NCBI GenBank assembly: GCA_965223545.1
Contig: OZ245006.1
Location: forward strand, 7,616,001 to 7,680,000
Direction: 5' to 3'
Origin: Planctomycetota bacterium
GTDB taxonomy: Bacteria; Planctomycetota; UBA1135; UBA2386
Length of the DNA stretch: 64,000 nt
The notes under the pieces are model-generated. The model did not search any database. It was not told the DNA's origin and saw only the letters and a list, made by a program, of their open reading frames with translations. The number at the start of each line of letters is the position of its first letter. Position 1 is the stretch's first letter. A program made the translations under genes and the position numbers. Positions 19,396 to 31,832 of this stretch are shown here, piece by piece.

Positions 19396-19427
19396 GAGAG
19401 GCACCCGGTGATCCGGGTGTCGCTCTC
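19396..19427 (+). terminator. Stem-loop downstream of the small ORF (possible terminator or stability hairpin)
   Basis: GAGAG-GCACCCGG-TGAT-CCGGGTGT-CG-CTCTC; no U tract. Confidence 0.3.
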
Positions 19428-19442
19428 GGCGCGGCGCCCGCG

Positions 19443-20333
19443 GTGGCCCAGCGCATGACGAAAGCCCAAGTGTGGATCCTCCGTGCTGGCGTGCTCGGTG
19501 CCTTTGCCGCCACGCTTTGGTTGGCCGGTCCGCGCGCTTGGCGCGTCGTCGGCGGTCAGCTGCAGAAGCCGGTGCACGCGTCGGCCGCGGTCGAGCTCGG
19601 CCGCGTCGGTTTTCTCCGCAAGCCGGAGTGGGCCGTGGGCGCGCTGTTCCTCTCGATGCTACGCGACCTGCAGCCGCGGCTCGAAGGCAGACTCGACCTG
19701 CTCGACAACGATGCCGCGCAGCGGCTGGCCGAGCAGCTGCGCGCCTCGCCGTGGGTTGCCGCAGTCGACCTGCAGCGCGCGTTCCCCGACAAGCTCGGAC
19801 TCGAGCTCTCGCTGCGGCGCCCGGTGCTCGAGGTGTTGGCCCCCGACGGTGGCAGTGCCGAGTCGTTGGTCGATGCCACCGGCATCTGTTTGCCCTGGGT
19901 CGCGGGCACCGGCCTGCCCGTCACCGAGCGGGTGGTCGGGACCGAGGCCGGCCGCGCCGGCGAGCCGCATCCCGACGAGGTCGTGCGGGCCGCGGCGGGA
20001 GTCGCGGCCGAGTGGGGCACCGTGATCGCCCCACAGGTCGAAGGGGCCCCCGACCTGGTGTTGGTAGATGCGCGCAACCTGCATTACCGCTACACCCGGG
20101 ACCCCTACGCCGCCGAGGTGCGCGTCGGCCTGCGCCGTGGCGATGGCGAGACCGCCTTCTTCGCCTACGGCCGGCCACCGGGTGCCGTCGCTCCGCGCGT
20201 CGACGCCGCGGTCAAGGTCACGGTGCTGCGCTCGATCCTCGCGGAGTTCCCCGGCCTCGCCGGCCTGCAGTCGGGCGAGCTGCGGCTGATCAACCGTTGG
20301 CGCACCTACCTCCAACCCCGCCCCACCAACTAA
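19443..20333 (+). CDS. FtsQ/DivIB-like POTRA-domain membrane protein
   Basis: N-terminal TM, then ASPWVAAVDLQRAFPDKLGLELSLRRPV and LVDATG, typical of the FtsQ POTRA/beta domain. The start may be ATG 19455. Confidence 0.6.
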   Translation: MAQRMTKAQVWILRAGVLGAFAATLWLAGPRAWRVVGGQLQKPVHASAAVELGRVGFLRKPEWAVGALFLSMLRDLQPRLEGRLDLLDNDAAQRLAEQLRASPWVAAVDLQRAFPDKLGLELSLRRPVLEVLAPDGGSAESLVDATGICLPWVAGTGLPVTERVVGTEAGRAGEPHPDEVVRAAAGVAAEWGTVIAPQVEGAPDLVLVDARNLHYRYTRDPYAAEVRVGLRRGDGETAFFAYGRPPGAVAPRVDAAVKVTVLRSILAEFPGLAGLQSGELRLINRWRTYLQPRPTN

Positions 20334-20860
20334 TACGAGCTGCGGGCGGCGACCCCGGAATCCCGTGTTTCGTCGTGGAGTGGCGCGCCCTCGGCCTCTG
20401 GACCGAGAGCTGCGGGCGGCGGTCCTGGTCGTGATGCGTGGATGCGCCGCTTGCGCTGAAGGTCGCGGAATCAAGAGCGCGCGTAGGAGTGCGCGTTTCG
20501 TCACGGAGTGGTGCGCACTCGCCTCAGCTCCGTCACCGTCGGCGGCGGTCGCACCCCGTGCCTCGTCTTGGACCGCTGTCGTCGGTGATGGTGGTGAGGC
20601 GAGCCTTCAGCTCTGGAGCTGGAGGTGGTGGGAGCTCTGGGGGCGCGCCTGCGCGGTCCCTCGGCCTCTGGATCGAGAGCTGCGGGCGGCGGTCCCGGTC
20701 GTGATGCGTGGGTGCGCCGCTTGCGCTGAAGGTCGCCGAATCAAGAGCGCGCGTAGGAGTGCGCGTTTCGTCACGGAGTGGTGCGCACTCGCCTCAGCTC
20801 CGTCACCGTCGGCGGCGGTCGCACCCCGTGCCTCGTCTTGGACCGCTGTCGTCGGTGATG

Positions 20861-22893
20861 TTGCGCCTGGCATGGGCGCAGAGTTGAAGATGAAAGTTCT
20901 TTATGGATCCGTACTGGAGGAAACCATGAGTCGAAGGCAGCTGCACGAGGCAGAAAGGGGAGCCGTGTGCCGTCCGAGAGGGCGGTGCGCGGTGTTGATC
21001 CGGGATGCCAGAACAGGACGGACACCGTGCCGTGCTGTTCCCGCGAGGTCGTGTGGGATGGAAGCCCTAGACGCAGCGCAGCACCGAGCGAAAGCGAAGT
21101 TCCGTAAGGCTCTCGAGGTCTGGGTCAGCGTGCCATCCAACGTGACGCCCGATATCCAGTCGCGACCTCGGAGTACTGGAACCGGCGGCGGCGCGAAACT
21201 CTGCGTTCTTACCCAGGGAGATCTCTGTGTGTCCGCTTCGAGCGGTAGGTGGGGAGGAGGCAACGACGACCCACCAAGGCATGCAGCGAAGTCGGATCAC
21301 CCCGTAGTAGTGATGAAGCCGGGTAATGCCGGTGGAGCGAAGGGGGTGACAGGATGAGAAAGCCGAAACCACGGCAACTGCAGTTCGCTTTCGCCGAGAG
21401 CCCGCAAGGGGACGGCGTGGCCGGAAGGGCAGACGAATCTGCCACGAAGTCCACGTCGGTGCCTACGACGGATTGCAGCCATCGATCGGAATCGGCTCCA
21501 CCGCCAGCGGACGGCTACTGCCATCTGCTGGAGCTGGTCGCGGAGCAGGGCAACCTGCGAAGCGCACTGGCACATGTCGTAAGCAAGAAGGGCGCCCCGG
21601 GCGTCGACGGACAGACGGTGTCAGAGGTCAAGCGTCATGCGAAACACCTGCTCCCGAAACTCCGCGATGCTCTGCTCATGGAGACCTACGCGCCCGGCGA
21701 TATTCGTCGGGTGTGGATCCCGAAGCCCAGTGGTGGGCAGCGGGGTCTCGGGATTCCAACCGTGATCGACCGCTGGGTCCAACAGGCCGTGCGCCAGATT
21801 CTGGAGCCGATCTACGACCCGACGTTCCACGACAGCAGCCACGGCTTCCGGCCGAGGCGGGGAGCCCACACAGCGATCGCCGAAGCAGCGGGTTACGTGA
21901 AGCAGGGTCGGCGGTACACGGTGGACATCGATTTGGAGAAGTTCTTCGACCGTGTCCATCACCAACGCCTCCTGGACCGGCTGGCTCAGAAGGTGAAGGA
22001 CCGTCGGGTGCTGCGGATCATCCGCCTGATGCTGAAAGCGAACGTGGTTCTTCCAGATGGCACCCGCGTCATCACGGAAGAAGGAACGCCCCAGGGCGGC
22101 CCGCTATCACCTCTGCTGTCCAACATCGTCCTGGACGAACTGGACTGGGAGTTGGAACGACGCGGGTTGCGTTTTGTGCGCTACGCCGACGACTGCAATA
22201 TCTACGTCGGTAGCGAGCGCTCAGGACACCGGGTCATGGCTTCGATTCGCAGGTTCATCGAACGTCGCGTGCGACTGAAAGTGAACGAAGCGAAGAGTTC
22301 CGTCGACCTGGCCCATCGCCGGCACTTCCTCGGGTTTCGCGTAGGCGCAACTCGAAAGGGCTGGCTGACGGTGCAGTTGTCCCGTCGCACTCTGGATCGC
22401 ATCGACGCCCGAATCCGTGAGCTTACGCCGCGGTCCTGGGGTGGTCGGCTGTCCTGGTGCATCGAACGACTGAACCGTTACCTCCGTGGTTGGATCGGCT
22501 ACTTCAAGCTGATCACGAAGGCCGCGTGGCGGACCTTGCGGAATCTCGATGGCCATATTCGACGACGCCTGCGGGCGATCATCATTCGGCAGAAGAAGAG
22601 ACCGCGATACCTCTTCCGAGACCTTGTCGCCCGTGGGTGCAGCTGGCAGTCGGCTGCACGCACCGCGTTTGGCCGGCGTGGCACGTGGTGGCAGAGCAAC
22701 TCGGGAGCGATCAAACGCGCTTATCCCAATCAGTGGTTTGCTGAGCGGCTGGTGTCGCTTTCCAAGCTCTGGGACGAGCGCCGTTACGACTGGCGGCCCC
22801 TTTGGGGGATACCGTCCTGAAGAGCCGGATGTGTGACCCACAAGTCCGGTTCTGTGAGAGCTGCGGGGGGGCAACCCCCCGCGGCTACTCGGC
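20861..22893 (+). mobile_element. Group II intron (IIC-like), 2033 nt
   Basis: Boundaries are fixed by comparison with the uninterrupted unit 1 (GTCGGTGATG|GTGGTGAGG). 5' end TTGCGCCTGGCATGGG; domain V at 22822..22852 (AGC triad); domain VI at 22856..22890 with bulged A at 22887, 7 nt from the 3' end. Confidence 0.92.
21354..22820 (+). CDS. ltrA: Group II intron reverse transcriptase/maturase without an endonuclease domain
   Basis: GAPGVDG, IPKPSGGQRGLGIPTVIDR, DLEKFFD, GTPQGGPLSPLLSNI, RYADD, LNRYLRGWIGYF; no HNH tail. Confidence 0.95.
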   Translation: MRKPKPRQLQFAFAESPQGDGVAGRADESATKSTSVPTTDCSHRSESAPPPADGYCHLLELVAEQGNLRSALAHVVSKKGAPGVDGQTVSEVKRHAKHLLPKLRDALLMETYAPGDIRRVWIPKPSGGQRGLGIPTVIDRWVQQAVRQILEPIYDPTFHDSSHGFRPRRGAHTAIAEAAGYVKQGRRYTVDIDLEKFFDRVHHQRLLDRLAQKVKDRRVLRIIRLMLKANVVLPDGTRVITEEGTPQGGPLSPLLSNIVLDELDWELERRGLRFVRYADDCNIYVGSERSGHRVMASIRRFIERRVRLKVNEAKSSVDLAHRRHFLGFRVGATRKGWLTVQLSRRTLDRIDARIRELTPRSWGGRLSWCIERLNRYLRGWIGYFKLITKAAWRTLRNLDGHIRRRLRAIIIRQKKRPRYLFRDLVARGCSWQSAARTAFGRRGTWWQSNSGAIKRAYPNQWFAERLVSLSKLWDERRYDWRPLWGIPS

Positions 22894-23230
22894 GTGGTGA
22901 GGCGAGCCTTCAGCTCTGGAGTTGGAGGTGGTGGGAGCTCTGGCGGCACGCCTGCGCGGTCCCTCGGCCTCTGGATCGAGAGCTGCGGGGGCCTCCCGCA
23001 GCTCCATCACCATCAGCGCCGGTCCAAGACGAGGCACAGGGTGCGACCGACGCCGATGGTGACGGAGCTGCGGGCGGCGGTCCCGGTCGTGATGCGTGGA
23101 TGCGCCGCTTGCGCTGAAGGTCGCCGAATCAAGAGCGCGCGTAGGAGTGCGCGTTTCGTCACGGAGTGGTGCGCACTCGCCTCAGCTCCGTCACCGTCAG
23201 CGAGTGCCCAAGATTACTTTGTGCGGGTTC

Positions 23231-23259
23231 TTGCATCTCCACGACCATTCTAGTAAGGT
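23231..23259 (+). promoter_or_regulatory. Putative sigma70 promoter of the Y1 transposase
   Basis: TTGCAT-17 bp-TAAGGT in an AT-richer patch, 11 nt upstream of ATG 23271. Confidence 0.4.
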
Positions 23260-23270
23260 CGCTAATTCAA

Positions 23271-23969
23271 ATGACGAGCAAGACGGTTCATGCGCGGCGC
23301 GGGGGACGGCGCCGTGGGGCGGGGCAGGGCGAGCTGCCGTTTCGGCAGTGGGGTGGGGCTCGGGAGGGGGCTGGTCGTCCCAAGGTGAGTGATGAGACGG
23401 TGCCGCACTTGGCGCGGGGGGCGTTGGTGGCGCGGTATCCCTTGCACTTGACGGTGCGGTTGTGCCGGGGGTTGCCCGGTTTGCGCAATGCGCGGACGTA
23501 CTGGATGTTGGTGGAGCGGATCCGGGCGGGGTGTGGGCGGTTCGGGTTTCGGTTGGTGGAGTTCTCGGTGCAGCGCGATCACTTGCACCTCTTGGTGGAG
23601 GCGAAGGACCGGGAGGCGTTGACGCGGGGGATGACCGGGCTGTTGGTGCGGATGGCGCGGGGGTTGAACAAGCTTTGGGGGCGCTCGGGGCGGGTGTTTG
23701 CCGAGCGGTTTCACGAGCGGGTGCTGCGCTCGCCGACGGAGGTGCGGCGGGCGTTGGTGTATGTGCTGCAGAACGCTTGGCATCACCGGCAGCGGCCGCG
23801 GCAGCCGATCGACGTCTACTCGTCGGGGCCGTGGTTTGACGGGTGGCGCGAGGAAGTGGAGCTATCGGAGCCGGTGATGCGGCCGACGGTGCGGCCGCGG
23901 ACGTGGCTGCTGAAGGGGGGGTGGCGGCGGTCGCGGGGGCGGTTGGACTTCCGCGAGCGGCCCGCGTGA
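23271..23969 (+). CDS. Y1/HUH tyrosine transposase (RAYT-like, IS200 superfamily)
   Basis: HLTVR, HUH motif DHLHLLVE, GRVFAERFH, catalytic YVLQN, DVYSS; adjacent to the palindromic repeat array. Confidence 0.85.
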   Translation: MTSKTVHARRGGRRRGAGQGELPFRQWGGAREGAGRPKVSDETVPHLARGALVARYPLHLTVRLCRGLPGLRNARTYWMLVERIRAGCGRFGFRLVEFSVQRDHLHLLVEAKDREALTRGMTGLLVRMARGLNKLWGRSGRVFAERFHERVLRSPTEVRRALVYVLQNAWHHRQRPRQPIDVYSSGPWFDGWREEVELSEPVMRPTVRPRTWLLKGGWRRSRGRLDFRERPA

Positions 23970-24201
23970 GCCGTCGGACCTGGCGGTGGTCGAATGCGAC
24001 GAGATCGCCGGTCGCGGCGTCGGATTCTGCCCTCGGATTCTGCCCTCGGAATTGCCGAAGACACCGAGTGTCCGCCATTTGGGTCATCTTGGGCGATAAT
24101 CGCGACGGCCGGCTTCGCGCCGTTCCGATGCCTGTCCGCGGCCATCCCATGCGACCCCGACACGCGCCCAACACCCACTCCGCAGCGCGGCTTGCAGCCC
24201 G

Positions 24202-28385
<4,184 letters not shown>

Positions 28386-28389
<4 letters not shown>

Positions 28390-29492
28390 GGACGGCGATG
28401 CTCGGCATGCGTCGTGCGGTCCGCGGGCTCGTCTTGGCGCTCGCCCTGGGCGCGGTCGCGGGCTGCCGCAGCGCGGGGCCGGCGGACCTGGCCGATCTCG
28501 CGGCGCAGCCGCCGCTGCCGTACTCGGTGCTGGTCAGTGGAGGTGCCTTCGTCGATTCGGCCTCGGTGTCGGATCCGGCGCCGTGGCTGGCACGCACCTA
28601 CCGGCCGCAGGGCGAAGGCGACGAGGTGCTCTCGCTGGAGGAGTTGATCGGTGTGCTGCGACGCGGCCGCGTGTTCGTGCAGGCGGACCAGCACCGCGCC
28701 GGCCGCGCCGTGCGCCAGCGGCTGGCCGCGCTCGCCGGACCCGTGCCGCTGCGCGACAGCGAGCTGCAAGCGGTGCTGGAGCAGGCCCGCCGCGCCGGCT
28801 ATGACCTGCTGTTGGTGGTCGAGCGGCTGCGCGACGGACCGGTGGAGGCGCGCGGCGTCAACGGTCAGTGGCCGATCACGCTGTCGGTGTGGCTGCTGAT
28901 CGGGCTCGGCATGGTGATTCCGGACCATACCTATGAGTCCCGCGCCCAGCTGCACGTGACCCTGCGCGAAGTGCAGACCGGACGCCAGCTGTACAGCGGC
29001 TTGGCCGACGGCGGTGCCGTCGACCTGGCGCTGGTCGAGCGCACCGATTGGTTGGGTCTGCTGCAGTCGGTCGTGGTGCCGCCGTTCTGGGTCGGGGACG
29101 ATCCCGCCGCGGTCGAGGCCGAGGTGCGCGCAGCGGCGTCCAGCCGGCTGCTGGAGTCGATGGCGCGCGAGCTCAAGTCCGCCGACGTGCAGACTCGCGT
29201 CGAGCAGCAGCTGCCCGCCCAGGTGCGCTTGTCGCTCGCCGACGGAGGGGTGACCGTGGTCGTCGATTCGCGCGAGCGGCTGGCGGCGGTCCGCTTGCGG
29301 CGCGACTCGGTTCCGCAGGACGACCCGGGTGCCGCGGCGTTCGAGCGGCAGCTGCTCGCTTCCGAAGTCGAGGACGCGGCGGTCTATCGATACCGAGCCT
29401 CGTTGCCGCGGCCGGCCGGCACGCGCTTTCTTCAGGTCCTCGTGCAAACCGTGACCGCGCAAGCCGCATCGGCGACGCTCTCGATGCAATGA
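28386..29492 (+). CDS. Hypothetical lipoprotein
   Basis: ATGA overlap with the kinase stop; lipobox VAGC; internal hydrophobic segment. Confidence 0.65.
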
Positions 29493-29514
29493 AGAAACCC
29501 GAGTCCTGTACGCG

Positions 29515-30405
29515 ATGAGGGTGCCGGCGCGATTCGCGGTGGGGGCGGCGACCCACACCGGGCGGGTGCGTCGCACCAACGAGGACGACTTCATCCTGCT
29601 GATGCCGGTGGAGAGCGACACCGGCATCGCGGCGGTCGCCGATGGAATGGGCGGCAGCACCGGCGGCGCGGAGGCGAGCCGGACGGCGATTCGCGCGCTG
29701 TGCGAAGTCTTCATGGCGGCGCCGAGCAACGGTGCGGCGCTCGGCGATTCGATGCGCCAGGGCTTCGCGGCGGCGTGTCAGCGCGTGTTCCAGACTTCGC
29801 TGGAGAGCCCGTCGCTGCGCGGCATGGGCACGACGTTGACCGCGGTGGCGGTGGCGGGCGACGAGGTCGCGTTGGGACACATTGGAGACTCGCGCTGCTA
29901 CCGCCTGCGCGACGGCGTTCTCGAGCAGCTGACCACCGACCACGTGGTCGCCGGAGACAGCCAACTGACGCGCTGCGTCGGCGGCGGCAAGGGCGTCGAG
30001 CAGGCCGATGTGCGGGTGGTGGCCGTGCGCGCCGGGGACCGCTTCCTGTTGGCCACCGACGGCCTGTGGAGCGCTCTGCACCTCGAGGAGCTGTCGCGCG
30101 CGATCACGGCGCAGGCGCCGCAGCCGGCCGCCGAGGAGCTCGTGGCCACGGCGCATGCTCGTGGCGGTCGCGACAACTGCACCGCGGTGATCGTCTCGGT
30201 CGGCACGCCGACCGCCGCCGTCACCGAGGTGGCGCTGCCCGCCGAGGAGGTCCATTTGTCGCCAGCGCTGGCGGTACGCCGCGGCCTCCGGCGGGTGCGG
30301 TGGCCGTACTGGACGCTGGTGGTCAGCCTGCTGCTACTGGCCCTGGCGGTGGCCAAGGCGCGCTATGGCGTGGATCTACTCCGCGCGCTGTCGGGTGGTG
30401 AGTGA
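29515..30405 (+). CDS. PP2C/PPM family Ser/Thr phosphatase with C-terminal TM
   Basis: GRVRRTNED, VADGMGG, GMGTT, HIGDSR, ATDGL, GGRDN. Confidence 0.92.
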   Translation: MRVPARFAVGAATHTGRVRRTNEDDFILLMPVESDTGIAAVADGMGGSTGGAEASRTAIRALCEVFMAAPSNGAALGDSMRQGFAAACQRVFQTSLESPSLRGMGTTLTAVAVAGDEVALGHIGDSRCYRLRDGVLEQLTTDHVVAGDSQLTRCVGGGKGVEQADVRVVAVRAGDRFLLATDGLWSALHLEELSRAITAQAPQPAAEELVATAHARGGRDNCTAVIVSVGTPTAAVTEVALPAEEVHLSPALAVRRGLRRVRWPYWTLVVSLLLLALAVAKARYGVDLLRALSGGE

Positions 30406-30432
30406 TCGGACGCTCCCGCTCGTGGGTTCGAT

Positions 30433-31681
30433 CAGAACTGCAGCCCTTCCGTGGGCCTGGCTAGCTGAGAGACGCTGACCGAGACGTAACCGGAGCCCTC
30501 TTCCGAGTCACAGGAAGTGACGCAGGGCCAACTGCGCAAACGGTGCCCTTTTGGTCCCCCCCGCGTTGTGTCTCGGAGGTCGCCGATGTTCGTTCCCCCG
30601 CGTTGCCCCAACTCAGCTTGCCCGCACAACCGCAGCCCGCGGCCCGGCTTCTTCGTATGCCGTGGCTACTACTACCCCAAGTGCCGCGCCCAAGGCGTGC
30701 CGCGCTTCCGCTGCCGCCATTGCCGGCAGGGCTTCTCGCGGCAGACGTTCCGCATGGATTACCGCGACCACAAGCCCGACCGCAACGCCTGGATCGTCAT
30801 GTTGCTCTGCTCTGGCCTGGGCCTGCGACAGACCGCACGCCTGGCCGGGCTCACGGCGCGCAACACCGAGATGAAGTTCCGCAAGATCGGTCGTCACGTC
30901 CGCCGCCTGAACAACAACTTACGAGGCGACCTCCCGGTGGGCTCGAGCTTGCAGTTCGACGAACTCGAGAGCTACGAGGGCCGCCGCAACACGCGGCCCC
31001 TGACGCTGCCTGTCCTGATCGAGCGCGGGAGCCGCTTCATCCTCGCAGCGCGGTCGGCCCCGATCCGCCCCGGTGGCCCCAAACCGGCTGCGCGCCGGCG
31101 AGCGATAGAGGCCGACGCGCGGCGGTTTGGCCGGCGGCCGTCGCGGTCGCGCGCGGCAACGCGCAATGCGCTGTGCCGGGGCGCGCGCGCTTGCACTCGG
31201 TTGACCACCGTGTTGCTCGAAACGGACGAGAAAACGACCTACTCAGGACTCGCGAGGGGCATTTTCGGCGCGCGGCTCGAGCACCGGCGAACACCGAGCA
31301 CGCTGCCGCGCGAGACCTGGAACCCGCTGTTCGCGATCAACCATACCGAGGCAATGGCGCGCGACCTCAACGGTCGTCTGCGGCGCGAGTCCTGGCTGGT
31401 CAGCAAGAAGCGCTGTTTCCTCAACCTGCAGCTGCACATCTACATCGCGTACCGCAACTTCACGCGACCGCGCTTCAACTTCGACCGAGACACGCCGGCG
31501 ATGCTGGTTGGCTGGCTGCCCCAGAAGTTGCGGCTGAACCAGGTGCTATCCTGGCGCCAGGACTGGGGCACGCGCAGCGGCCATCCGCTGGATCGAAACG
31601 CAAGACCGATCGAGAACTTCCTGAAGAGCTCTGCCTGACTTTCTTGCGGCCGTGCCGGACCACGGAAGGGCTGCAGTTCGG
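30433..31681 (+). mobile_element. Insertion sequence (IS1-like, unclassified) with 22-bp TIRs and a 7-bp target duplication
   Basis: TIRs at 30433..30454 and 31660..31681 (1 mismatch); GTTCGAT directly repeated at 30426..30432 and 31682..31688. Confidence 0.85.
30586..31638 (+). CDS. Transposase with N-terminal Zn-finger, HTH and DDE-like domain
   Basis: SD GGAGGT; CPNSAC...RFRCRHC Zn finger; GLRQTARL HTH; QFDELES and ETDEK acidic motifs; enclosed by TIRs. Confidence 0.75.
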   Translation: MFVPPRCPNSACPHNRSPRPGFFVCRGYYYPKCRAQGVPRFRCRHCRQGFSRQTFRMDYRDHKPDRNAWIVMLLCSGLGLRQTARLAGLTARNTEMKFRKIGRHVRRLNNNLRGDLPVGSSLQFDELESYEGRRNTRPLTLPVLIERGSRFILAARSAPIRPGGPKPAARRRAIEADARRFGRRPSRSRAATRNALCRGARACTRLTTVLLETDEKTTYSGLARGIFGARLEHRRTPSTLPRETWNPLFAINHTEAMARDLNGRLRRESWLVSKKRCFLNLQLHIYIAYRNFTRPRFNFDRDTPAMLVGWLPQKLRLNQVLSWRQDWGTRSGHPLDRNARPIENFLKSSA

Positions 31682-31832
31682 GTTCGATGGATTCCTCATC
31701 TGCTGAGCAACTTCGGGCTGGTCGGAGCTAAACGGCATTGCGGGAGGTCCTCCCCCTTGATCCCCATCCGCCGACCCGGTTCGCTCTGCGCTCCGGCCGT
31801 CCCCCGCCTGGCGCGCTGCCTCGAGATCACTC

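Larger units (their letters stand above)
20388..23200. repeat. ~270-bp structured tandem repeat array (about 3 units), interrupted by a group II intron
   Basis: Unit 1 is 20388..20657. Unit 2 is 20658..20860 plus 22894..22960. Unit 3, from 22961, is rearranged. Units are near-identical and contain several hairpins. Confidence 0.9.

Noticed and set aside
20365..21357. 330-aa ORF spanning the repeat array and the intron 5' region
   Set aside because: It reads through non-coding hairpin repeats and intron RNA domains, has no protein-like features, and is open because the 270-bp period is a multiple of 3 in GC-rich DNA.
21354..22820. RT as a retron, DGR or defence RT
   Set aside because: It has a maturase domain, is followed by clear domains V/VI, and has exact intron boundaries.
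20388..23200. Repeat array as a CRISPR array
   Set aside because: Units are ~270 bp and near-identical throughout, with no unique spacers and no cas genes.
24020..24050. 13-bp tandem repeat TCGGATTCTGCCC downstream of the Y1 gene as a REP
   Set aside because: Not palindromic and unrelated to the upstream array; probably slippage.
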